From Callorhinchus milii (taxonomy: Eukaryota), in assembly GCF_018977255.1 (NCBI RefSeq), contig NW_024704743.1:89158001-89222000 (forward strand): a stretch of DNA of 64,000 nucleotides, read 5' to 3'. Below the pieces are notes generated by a model that was not told where the DNA came from, did no database searches, and saw only the letters and a program-made list of their open reading frames with translations. Of the stretch, positions 52,305 through 62,704 are shown piece by piece. The translations under genes and the position numbers were made by a program. Each line of letters begins with the position of its first letter. Within the stretch, counting starts at the first letter, position 1.

Positions 52305-53915
52305 TTGAGTAGTGGAGGCAGCGGGTGGTGCAATGGGGGTTAAGCAGGTAAAATAGGTAGGGAAGTGTGAGGGCAAGAAGGGATTTGAAAACGAGTGAGA
52401 GGATCTTGAAACCGATTTGTTCGGTAATTGGGAGACAGTGGAGCCTGGCAAGAGCTGCTGTGATCTGCATCCAAAGTTTTGTGCGGATGAGTATCCGGGC
52501 GGCAGAGTTTTGGATTAATTGAATTTTGTGTATGGAGGAACTGGGGAGACCAGCGAGGAGGGCATTAGAATAGTCCAGCTGGGAAGTGATGAAGGCATGG
52601 ACGAGGGTTTTGTCTGCTTTGGTTGTAAGGTACGGACAGAGACGGGCAACGTAACAGAAGTGGAAAAAAGTGGTCCTGGTCAGGGATAGATGTGTGATAG
52701 AAAGGAAAGCTTGGGATCGAACCTGACGCCTAAATTGCACACAGGTTCGGTGAGTCTGAGGGAGAACTCGGGGATGTTGAGGAGTTCCGATCCACTAGCG
52801 ATAAGACATTGAGGCAGCCATAGAGTATGGCTTTTGTCTTGCCGATATTCAGTGGCAGAAAATTTGCACTTATCCAGGCCTTGATGTCCGTCAAACAAGT
52901 TGACAAGACAACAGTGGACTGGGAGTCGCAGCTGGAGGAGGAAAAGTAGGTTTGGGTTTCATCTGCATACATGTGGAAGTTAACCCCATGTCTGCGAATG
53001 ACATCACCGAGAGGGAGCATGTAGATAACGAAAAGAAGGGAACCAAAAATGTGACCAGGCGGGGGTGGGAAGAAAATACATTTGCCGAGATGTATTGTTG
53101 GCGGTTTGTTAAGTAGGTCTCAAACCATGTGTGTGCGGTCCCACTAAGGTGGATGAGAGAGGAGAGGCGGTGAAGGAGGATGGTGTGATCGACTTTGTCG
53201 AATGCGATGGAGGGGTCCAGGAGAATGAGAAATCAGAGGAAGCCCTCGTCACAGAGAGAGTACATCGTTTGTGACTTTCATGAGTGCTGTCTCTATGCTG
53301 TGGGCAGGACGAAAACTGGACTGGAAGGGTTCGAGTAGGGAATGGAGGGAGAAGTCTGAGTGAAGTTGATTTGCAATGACGCGTTCCAAAACTTTGGCCA
53401 GGTTTGAGATGGTCTGAAGTTTGTGAGGTTGGATGGGCTGAAGGTAGGTTTTTTAAGGAGTGATGACAGTGGTTTTGAGAGGATGTGTGACAGAGTCTGG
53501 GGAGAGTGACTGGTTGATTGTGTCAGCCAGAAGTGGGCAGAGGAGGAGGAGTTGAGTGACCAGAAGCTGGGTGGGGATGGGATCGAGGTAGCAGGTGATG
53601 GGCTTTATCAGGGTAATGGTGGGGGTAAGGAAAGAGGGAGAGATGGAGGTGAAGGAGTGTAACGTGTATGGCAGGGCTGTGGTAGGAGCCATGGTAGGAG
53701 GAAAGGGGTATGAAGGAGACATGGGGGTGGGGTGGGGGGAGATGGTTAGTGATGGTAGGCAACATGGGATGGGAGGAAGCGGAGGCAGCCAGGTCGATGT
53801 TATCTATCTATAGCATGATGCGAGGGAATAGGAGGTGAGGACAGCAGCAGGAAAGGAGGCAGGATGGGGGAAAAGTTAAGAGAGAGAATGAGAGTTAATG
53901 GAGAGGCAAGAGAGC
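52305..53915 (-). mobile_element. L2 LINE (second subfamily), decayed RT
   Basis: FHMYADETQ, LTDIKAWISANFLPLN, LDYSNALLAGLP. A minus-strand SINE head (52225-52300) and CR1 tail abut its 3' side. Confidence 0.9.
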
Positions 53916-54984
53916 TTGGGTTCTTAAAATCGACTTCGAAATGGCCCAGCACGCCACACAGTTATTAAAATTAATGCTGGCATAACGCCAGCATCTCCTA
54001 CATTTTTAAAAGAAGTAGAGATATCAGACATGGTCAGATAAGAAATCATTCCGAATTTATGTATGTTTTAAGATGGGCTTTCAATGTAATTTTAGTCCCA
54101 AGCAACAGTTGTACCTATTGCAATATTGAAGCCTTAGGCTAACTAGGTTCTAGACTGAAATAATAATTGCAATATGACCATTGAAATACGATTCTCAGTG
54201 GCAGGTTGATGACCTTATTACAGAGCATTACAAAGTAAGAGATATTGTGCCTACAATTGATGGAGATTGTCCATTCCTTCCTCTTTTTCAGATCACGCAC
54301 CTCCTCCCTCCTCCCCTGTGTCAGGCTCCAACACTGTTAAGAGCTCCAAGACACTACCCTGCATGAAGGATGCTAAATAAATGTGTGTTGATGTTGCTGA
54401 GAAATATTTGACATGTAACAAATGTGCTCCTCATTTTCAAAATCTGAAAAAAAGCAAAAGTTATGTAGAAAAGAGTAAGACACTAGCTGAAGAAAACAAG
54501 TGCAAAAAATAAAAAGTATATATTTTTAATAGAGTTGTGTCAAAACATTTCAAAGTGCATCACAAGTCAATACTGTCAAGTGTAGTAACTTTACAAGGTC
54601 CTGGACATCATTATTCTATTGCTCCCAAAATAAAAACAGCAATATGACCTCACAGTTTCTAAAAAATGTCAATTGAAGTTATGACAAGCTGTTCAATCTA
54701 ACCTCTGCTTGATATGCTATATTCAAAGATACAGAGACACCCGTGAAACACAATGGAGGCAAGAGAGGAGAATGTACGATCATAACAAAAATTTGGCTAT
54801 TTTTAATATAATAAGTACTGTGAGTATAAAATTAACCACAAAGGCAAAGGCATTTTTATGCAATTTTATAATAATTTATAGGTTCAACCCTAAATTTCTA
54901 TGTTGGTCAGAGGGTGTCTGACACGTGCAGAAACCCATTACTATGCTTAAGAGTGTCCAAACCTAACTGAGAATATCATGCTGT

Positions 54985-55535
54985 TTATTGGAATGGAATG
55001 TGCACTCTCTCCCTGGAGGGATGCATCCTGCTTACCTAATTCTAAGAAAGTATTAGGCACAGATTGGGGGCCCCTGACTGTGTGTTGGGGTTCAGCTGAA
55101 GTCTCACCAGCTAAAACTGCATAGCTTGCCATTGAGAGCAGTGCCTGACAAGTTTTCTGCTGTTTGTCCAGAAAGGACCCTTGGGCTTGCAGGGTTAGTG
55201 GGAACTGAGTGGGAAGAGTCCCTGCCCCCAGTGACTGATCTGCCCTTCCAAGTCCTGCTTACTCAGCGCCAGCTGTTTAATCCAGGCCCTCAAGCGAGGG
55301 GCTTGGCAAACAGATGTGCCTGCTGTTAAGCCGCCTCCGTCTCCAGGGTGCTCAGCGACAGGTCATTGTAGTCTTGTGGCCTCCCTGCAGCCACTTCCTG
55401 TGTTTGCTACAAATCCACCTCTCTGCTTGATCCTGAACTTATGCAAATGGACAGATGAAGACCCTCCTTTTTAACCCCAGGAGCTCGGATCCATAAAGGA
55501 GCTTGGTATGTATGGGCAGTGCTGTGATTGGCCCA
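54985..55535 (-). repeat. Unclassified dispersed repeat, longest local copy
   Basis: Segments match opposite-strand copies at ~13678-13748, 14360-14720, 51815-52000 and 62725-62865. Confidence 0.7.
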
Positions 55536-55539
55536 AATT

Positions 55540-55732
55540 AATAATAATAATAATTTGGTCACTCAATCCACGACTGCTTGTGAGACATTGCTGTGCGCAA
55601 TTGGCTGCTGCGTTTCGCCCATAAAATATACAGTCAATTCACTTTACAATATATTCTGTGAAGCGCTTTGAGACATTTCAAAGTCGTGATAAGGCGCTAA
55701 TAAATGCAATGATTATTATTATTATTATTATT
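55540..55732 (+). mobile_element. Deu SINE 3' half
   Basis: Core plus tail ending (TTA)n. Similar partial copies at 21383-21572, 31228-31505, 47520-47602 and 49330-49430. Confidence 0.85.
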
Positions 55733-57996
55733 CGATCTGTTTGCAACACGTCTTATATGGCTTAAACTTGACCTGCATTGGGACCTTACTATCCTTGAAG
55801 AGAGACATGCATGACCGGAGTGACCTTTACCCCTTCTCAGCACGTTACTTCAGGACAGTGACGGGTGCAGAGCAAAAGATCCCCAGGTGAGTCCACCAGT
55901 AGCACAATATCATCCGCAATCTTGTCAGAAAGGCCTGAACAGATGCATCAAGGAATCCGTCTATGTTTTCATTGATACAATGATTTTATTTGAGTTGGGT
56001 GCAGCCAAAATATTAAAATTTAGTTTTCCGTTTAAACATACTACTAAACCGTATGATGTTAATGATATTAACAGAATCCCTTAATACGAATTCCTAGTCA
56101 TGCGATGCTTTCCAACACAACTGCTTTTAAAGCAGAGTTCTATCAGGTTGATAGAAATTGTAACTTGATTATTTATCAAGGAAACAAATCTGTGTCAATT
56201 GAAGTTATGTCAAGCTATTAAACGTACCCTACTGCTTAATATAATACATTATAGGATTCTTTATTAAGGATTTGTGTTAAAACTACACTAAACTAGACCC
56301 CAATATATCCTTCCTTCTATTAACTAACATATTTGTATTGAAACATATTGGATTGTCTGCCCACATTGATTTATTATATATCATCATTTACTCGCACCTA
56401 GAAATGTCAAGAAGATATAAGATATGAATAAAAACCACAAGCAGGAAACAATGTTCTCCATACTTATTCCTGTGGTTCACAGCATGTGCAATTTGTATGT
56501 ATGCGAAGGTTATAACTTGCACTATCTACATGTGAACACATTTTATTTCCCCTCTCCAATAAAGTTGTGTAAATGAGCAATGTTCCAAAACACTATAACC
56601 CTATTGTTTGCCCTACAAACAAGTTGTCTACGTGGGTAGGACATTGAACCAGGAGTGGAAGAGAGAGATTTTACGTAATGTTAAATTTAAGATAAAAAAG
56701 TGGAGGATAATATTAATAATAATTCTTGCATTGAAAATAGCACCTATCCTATTGGTTCACCTATAAATACACAATCTTTGTTTCAGAGTTTTTCAGTAAA
56801 GTATTAGATTGTATATGTGTAGGTGAACACAGCAACAAGTTTGTAGACAGCAATGTCCCACAAAGTGCCATGAAGGAATGAGCAATTTTGTATCAGGGGA
56901 TTTTTGGTCAGGATACCAGGAGAACTCCATTCTCTGTTTGAGCAATGGCATTGGATCTCTAATGTGAACATGCTGTGTCATGTAACCATCAGAAGAGGAG
57001 GTTCAAACTTGAAAACAAATCCATTACATCTTTGATAAGAATTAGAAAAATAAATGGTCTGAATGTGGCCATTCTTTCCATTTCTAGATCTCAGAATGAC
57101 CACAAAGTATGCATGCATTCTATTTGTTATCAACTGCACAATATATTTCTCTCCCACCCACCCTCAGCAATAACCTGCAAAATAGTCATTTTGTATTAAA
57201 ATACCAATTGAGGTCAATAATATGATATATAAATTGTCTGCAGAGATTAGATGAGCAGTGGCCCAATATGTTAAGAGAAACCTGTTTGTGTAATTGGTCT
57301 GGAGAGCTCATGTGGAATGACTGATACTACTACAGTGGAAACTCTCCAATTTTTTTTCATGTTCCTTACAGGCACCAACGCCTTGTTAGTTATTTCTGTT
57401 GCACCTACTGTCATATCACCATATATGCCAAAGAGTGTTGTAAAGTGTACGAGCTGTTAGTCTTCTTGTTAACCATGGTGATGAAGGTTAGATGCCTTTA
57501 TTTGAAAATAGACTGGAAGGCTCCCAGTAAAGTGGTCTGTAAGTGCAAAGCCCAAATCAAATAATGCAAATAGGAATAAACAATGTTTCTTTAACATGGA
57601 ACAAAAGTATATATGGCAAACCCCATTATTGTGACAACGAAAAGCCACAACAATGCATGAAATATCAATTCATTTGGAATTAACATTTTAAATTGAATAC
57701 AGAGAACAGCAACTGGAGCCAATCTGTGTTGCAGTGGAAATTCTCCCAACAAATAGTCAAATCGATCAGAAAAAAATATAGTTACCCAACAATAAATACA
57801 AGATAGAAGAGGCATGCCAAAAGTGCTAAGAGATTAGAACCACTTAATAATAGGATGGAAGTCCACAAGGGGTTTGAGGGAAGACCATGAGAAAACCATA
57901 AGTCTCAATGATCAGGTTACACTCTCTTCCCTCCCATTGGCAATGTGGGGAGGTGCCCACTGTCCTGTTGACTATCTCCCCCAGGGATCTGAGATT

Positions 57997-58322
57997 TGGA
58001 GTCCTGTAGCTCAGTGGTTAGAGCACTCGCTTTGCAAGCGAGAGACCTGAGTTCAATTCCCGGCAGAGGGCGAAACCTTGGGCAAGTTTCCTTACTCCAC
58101 ACAGAGCCTAATAATAATTCCTCCAAAAAAACAAAAACAATAATAGGTCATTTTCAATCCATGACTATTTTTGGGACATTGCTGTGTGCAATTGGCTGCC
58201 GCGTTCGCCCGCAAATATACAGTCAATTCACTTTACAGTATATTCTGTGAAGCGCTTTGGGACGTCCTCCCGACGTGAAAAGCGCTATATCAAATGCAAG
58301 GATTATTATTATTATTATTATT
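57997..58322 (+). mobile_element. tRNA(Ala)-derived Deu SINE, short subfamily, young and full length
   Basis: A box TAGCTCAGTGG, anticodon arm CTCGC-TTTGCAA-GCGAG, B box GAGTTCAATTC, Deu core, L2-type stem-loop tail, (TTA)n. Confidence 0.93.
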
Positions 58323-58696
58323 GAAACCTGGACATGAGAGACTCCAGAACTAATCCAGGTTCTCATCCCAACACAGACTTGGACTTCCCCAGCCCCCTGA
58401 TCTGTCAGTGTCCTGGAAGCTTTTGGCTGATGTAATTTGCTCCACTCTCTCTCATCGGCCACCCAACAGCCATCAGTAGGAATCACACGGATAGGGTGAC
58501 ATGTGCCAGAGATCGCACTCAGTTTGTTTCGCGAACCCAAGAGGAAACCCCATATGTTCACTGACACACTCCAAAACACCAGTGCACAGGGTGTGTGTGT
58601 GGGGGGAGAGAGAGAGAGAGAGAGAGAAAGAAGACGCACAGTCATTCCGTTACAGAGAGCCTGGGAACAGCACATCTTCTCTGCCAAGGAGTGAAC

Positions 58697-58759
58697 TAAA
58701 TAAATAAATGCAATAAATGCAATAAATGCAATAAATGCAATAAATAAATAAATAAATAA
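58697..58759 (+). repeat. Compound (TAAA)n/(CAATAAATG)n microsatellite
   Basis: taaataaataaatg caataaatg caataaatg caataaatg caataaataaataaataaataag, read directly. Confidence 0.95.
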
Positions 58760-58779
58760 GTGTAGATGGCTGCATAATA

Positions 58780-59088
58780 AACGAGGAGTGCCTGCGCTGG
58801 TTTCAGTGTAATACAGTAGTGAGGGAGGGAGGGGGGGAGGGAGGAGGGCTGTGACAGGGTAGTGGGGTAGTCTGTCAGTCAGTGCGCAGGCTCGCAGGAG
58901 CTCTGGACAGATCTGCAGCACAGAGAGCACACAGAGCTTCCTACAGCTCCTCTCTCTCTCTCTCTCTCTATCTTTCCTCTCCTCTCCTCTCCTCCTCTCT
59001 CCTCCTCTCGCACTCGCATCTACAACGACCGGGGCTCTGTCTCCAGGCGCAGGCAGTTCCCACGCAAATGAGGGACTGTCTCTGAAAG
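58780..59088 (+). promoter_or_regulatory. Probable mmp16 proximal promoter / 5' UTR
   Basis: GC-richer, CpG-containing non-TE sequence directly upstream of the ATG. G-run tract 58823-58848, NRF1-like TGCGCAGGCTCGCA near 58883, (CT)n tract 58950-59010. TSS cannot be placed from sequence alone. Confidence 0.6.
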
Positions 59089-59232
59089 ATGGCAAACGGG
59101 TTCACTGAGTCTTCAGCTACATTGCACAGAGGAAGACAACTTGCATCTCTACACTCCGGAGCGTTTTATTGGCAAGCCTTGTTTTGGATTATTTGTTCTG
59201 TATGTGGAGAGGAACATCCCTTCAATGTGGAG
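59089..59232 (+). CDS. mmp16: Matrix metalloproteinase-16 (MT3-MMP), first coding exon (signal peptide to start of prodomain); rest of gene lies beyond the window
   Basis: Translates MANGFTESSATLHRGRQLASLHSGAFYWQALFWIICSVCGEEHPFNVE, followed by GTAAGT donor at 59233 (phase 0). Closely matches the remembered human MMP16 N-terminus (..GRRLDFVHHSGVFFLQTLLWILCATVCGTEQYFNVE|VWLQKYGY). The track ORF 59089..59340 runs on into the intron. Exon 2 not seen in window. Confidence 0.92.
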
Positions 59233-60033
59233 GTAAGTTTGCAGGACTTTTTTTTGTGTGTGTGCATTGCTGCTATCACTGTTTGCAGAACCGTGTATCG
59301 AGTGGAGGAGATCTTTTGGTCCTCCAGCACTGTAGTGTAACACAGGACTGCGAGAGCCCATTAGACCATTCGAGTCATAATCGAAACACATTAAATAAAG
59401 CTTTCAAAATTGATGGTCGCTCAGCACTGTGTTTTGCAATCCTCTGAATGGTAAGAAAACACCGATGACTTGTTTGATCTGAAAGCTTTCTTTCGGAATA
59501 CAGCAGTTGCTTTCCAAATGCATTGCAATTCTGCAGTGACTGTCTGGGTGGAAGGGAAGGTGACAGCGAGGTCCTGCAACAGTGAAAGGCGAAGTGTGTG
59601 GTGTAAGTTGTTCTGTAATGTGTTATTATCTCTCCCTTTCAGTGGGTTGAACCTTCCCGGGGTCTGTGTGGGCGCCTCTCTGTTGAGCAGCTCTGTAGGT
59701 AGATGGGTTTTTGGCACTGTTTATTATTCATTACCCCAAAATGGGAATAATTATGCTGGGAGTCTGGTTACTTTTTTTTGTTGAAGGATCTTTATACCCA
59801 GACCCAATCCCCCCTTTTTCTCTCTTCTCTCTCTCTCTCTTTCTCTCTTGTCTATTGAGCCAACTATATTGTGGTCGTTATTATGGAGTATGACATTTCT
59901 CCAGCCTCCTCGGGTAATTTGAAGTGACCAGTCAAAGAATAAAGCTAATTCAACTATACCCCGAACGCTGAAGTTACCGTATTATCATGACATGACCTGC
60001 GCTTTTTCCCTTTGGAATTGGTGAAGGAATAAC

Positions 60034-60057
60034 AGGAGAGAGGGAGAGACAGTGAGG

Positions 60058-60091
<34 letters not shown>

Positions 60092-60392
60092 TAGGGGGAG
60101 AGACAGAGAGGGAGAGAGACAGAGAGAAAGAGAGACAAACAGAGAGGGAGAGAGATAGAGAGGGAGAGAGACAGAGGGGGAGAGAGAGACAGAGAGGGAG
60201 AGAGACAGACAGAGAGATAGAGAGGGAGAGAGAGAGAGGGAGAGAGACAGACAGAGAGGGAGAGAGGGAGAGAGAGAGAGACAGAGAGGGAGAGAGGGAG
60301 AGAGACAGAAAGAGAGAGAGACAGAGAGAGAGAGACAGAGAGGGAGAGAGACAGAAAGAGAGAGAGACAGAGGGAGAGAGGGAGAGAGAGAG
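60034..60392 (+). repeat. Long imperfect (GA)n polypurine tract in mmp16 intron 1
   Basis: ~360 bp of GAGA/GACA/GGGA units, read directly. Confidence 0.97.
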
Positions 60393-61778
60393 GATTTTTT
60401 TTCAGGCACCTTTTGAACTGTAGAGAATTAGCTCTGAGTGAACTCTCTCCAAAGTGGACGTTGACCAAAATCTCCCTGACGGCTCACATCAATCCGAGAG
60501 ATGCAATCGTTCTGCTCAGAGCGTTTTTTATTTCTTTTTTTTTTGTTGTTTTGGTCTTAAACAGCTTTATGCACGTATTATTCCAAACTTTGGCAAAATA
60601 GGGGGGGGCAAAAAAAGTAACGGGTCACGTTGAGTTCATTCCTTTGCATTCAGTGTTGTGCTATTTATATATTTTGGTTGTAAAAAAAAATTAATTTATG
60701 GCAGATGTAAGAGTTCGGGCAAATCTGAATTTCAGAGGGATTGTTCCTTTCCTCAATTGCGATTACTCACAAACACACACACACACACAGCATTGGAAGT
60801 TGCATCCACCCCCATCACCTACTTAACATAGGTGTGGACATGCATTATTGGTGTGAAATAAGAGCCGGCGATGAGATGCGATTCAGTGCTGTGGTTATTC
60901 TCTGTCCAACTGCAATGTGCATTGCCGACTTGGGGATCAGTGTGTGCTGTGCTGGAGCAGCCGGAGAAGCCAAGTCTGAGGAGTGACTGACTTGGCAGCG
61001 CTTCCCACAGCATCTCCACTGCTTCCCGGAGTGTGCAAACTGCCTGCACCCCCCCCCCCCCCCCCACCACCCCCCAGCCTGGGGATGGCCATCCGAGGAG
61101 AGGCGCTTCTGCACACAGACTTGCCCCCCAGGAGAGCACCGCGGATGGAGAAGTTATCGCAACGGACCCCGCTGCAAAGTGAATCTTATCCACTATCTTT
61201 CGCCCACGAGATGCGTTGTGGTAAGGCGCGATATCAACTGCGAGGATTATTATAATTATTATTATTATTGTTATCAATAATCGGATCACTTACATCGCAG
61301 ATACAATCGACCTGAATTGCAATTGCACTTGTAACCTGCCCACAGGACAAATACCATATAATGTCTAACCAGTGATGCCCCCCTCTCCCCCCCACCACAC
61401 ACACACACACACACACACCACCACCACCACCCTTTAAAATGGAATTTCAAATCGTGTTGGGAAAAACACAATTTCTGCCCTCAAACCAGGATGGAGTGGG
61501 GGGTCACATCTGAACTTCACACTCAATGGTGTTTAACAAGTCATAATGTGGACAGTCCTGGGGGTGGAGGGGCAGTGGAGAAGTTTTGAGCAGTGAGGTT
61601 AGTCGTTTATTGTGGTTAGGTTCAGAATTGAGTAGGATAACAACATCGTACTTGGGGTGCAATTTAAGTGATGTACCATTGGTGACCTCTCCACTGCCCC
61701 GACTGACTCACTGACAGTTCTGGGGTTTGGGTAAACGCATTGATTTTATTAGCAATGTAAGCACTGACGATAACTACC

Positions 61779-62704
61779 CCAGTGGGCAGAGGATGTAACG
61801 TTGCTCGCACACATTCATGCTGAGCTGTGCAGATCACCAGGAGGCTCACAGGGTGGGAGTTCATGGTAACTGCCATCCACCAAGAGAGCACTGAAATCTT
61901 CTCTTGTCCGATGTTAAATAATGAGCCAGTGACTATCTTCCTTGATGGAGAGGTAAGCCAAGCTGCCTCCAAGGTGATACGCTTGGCAGTGAAGTGTTGA
62001 AATCAAGTCGATCATCTCTGGCAGTTTTCTGTCACAACATTTCTCAGCAACTCAGGATTACAGCTTTATTATTCAGAGGCAGCAGGTGGACAGTGGAATC
62101 ATGGGGTGAATATTTATATTGTTTTCCTGCACACTTGCAAACTTCAGCTATTGTTATGTCCAGTGCGTGAAGGAAAATGGGCAAAAATAGGACAGGAGCC
62201 TAAGGGACAATTTTCTCTCTGACTGTGTGAGGATGTACATGCGTGTGATTCAGGTGATGGGGTGGGGGTGGGGGCGAGAGGACTCACAAGACAAAAGACA
62301 AGGGATCAACATGTTTCAATTTGCTGAATAGTGTTCCTATAGCGTGCTAACATTGTCACCCAGCACCATTGCCCTCCGGTGGTGCTATTTCTAACCCTGT
62401 ACTTGATGGATAAAATAATCAATCACTCAATGGGTGGGGATGCGTGTCTGCCAGTGGGCAGGAGGATGGTGGCATTGCTCGCACGCATTCATGCTGAGCT
62501 GTGCACATCACCAGGAGGCTCACAGGGTGGGAGTTCATGGTAACTGCCATCCACCAAGAGAGCACTGAAACCTTCTCTTGTCCGATGTTAAATAATGAGC
62601 CAGTGACTATCTTCCTTGATGGAGAGGTAAGCCAAGCTGCCTCCAAGGTGATACGCTTGGCAGTGAAGTGTTGAAATCAAGTCGATCATCTGTGGCAATT
62701 TTCT
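61779..62704 (+). repeat. ~250 bp direct duplication (61779-62030 and 62451-62704)
   Basis: Offset 674 bp. I count 5 substitutions over the 230 bp core starting at 61801/62475. Confidence 0.95.

Noticed and set aside
53974..53994. Perfect 8-bp hairpin ATGCTGGC-ATAAC-GCCAGCAT
   Set aside because: Too short to be significant in 64 kb; probably a decayed repeat remnant.
57997..58070. tRNA-Ala(TGC)-like cloverleaf (also at 4751, 10390, 16690, 23100, 29352, 52225)
   Set aside because: The acceptor stem does not pair and the sequence runs straight into SINE body. These are SINE heads, not tRNA genes.
58430..58480. Minus-strand tgatggctgttgggtggccgatg, reminiscent of LF-SINE
   Set aside because: Only ~25-30 nt of remembered similarity; a Dfam search would be needed.
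58223..59095. 290-aa minus-strand ORF antisense to the mmp16 promoter
   Set aside because: Stitched from microsatellites (RERERE, FIAFIA, LSLSLS, IIII) and a SINE tail; no domain signal.
59233..59340. Continuation of the mmp16 ORF to a stop at 59340
   Set aside because: Lies after a consensus GTAAGT donor and similarity to MMP16 ends exactly there, so it is intron.
59954..60468. Several 120-165 aa ORFs (LSLS.., RERE..)
   Set aside because: Translations of the GA tract.
61132..61150. REST/RE1-like site gagagcaccgcggatggag
   Set aside because: Both half-sites deviate from TCAGCACC-nn-GGACAG; too weak without ChIP or conservation data.
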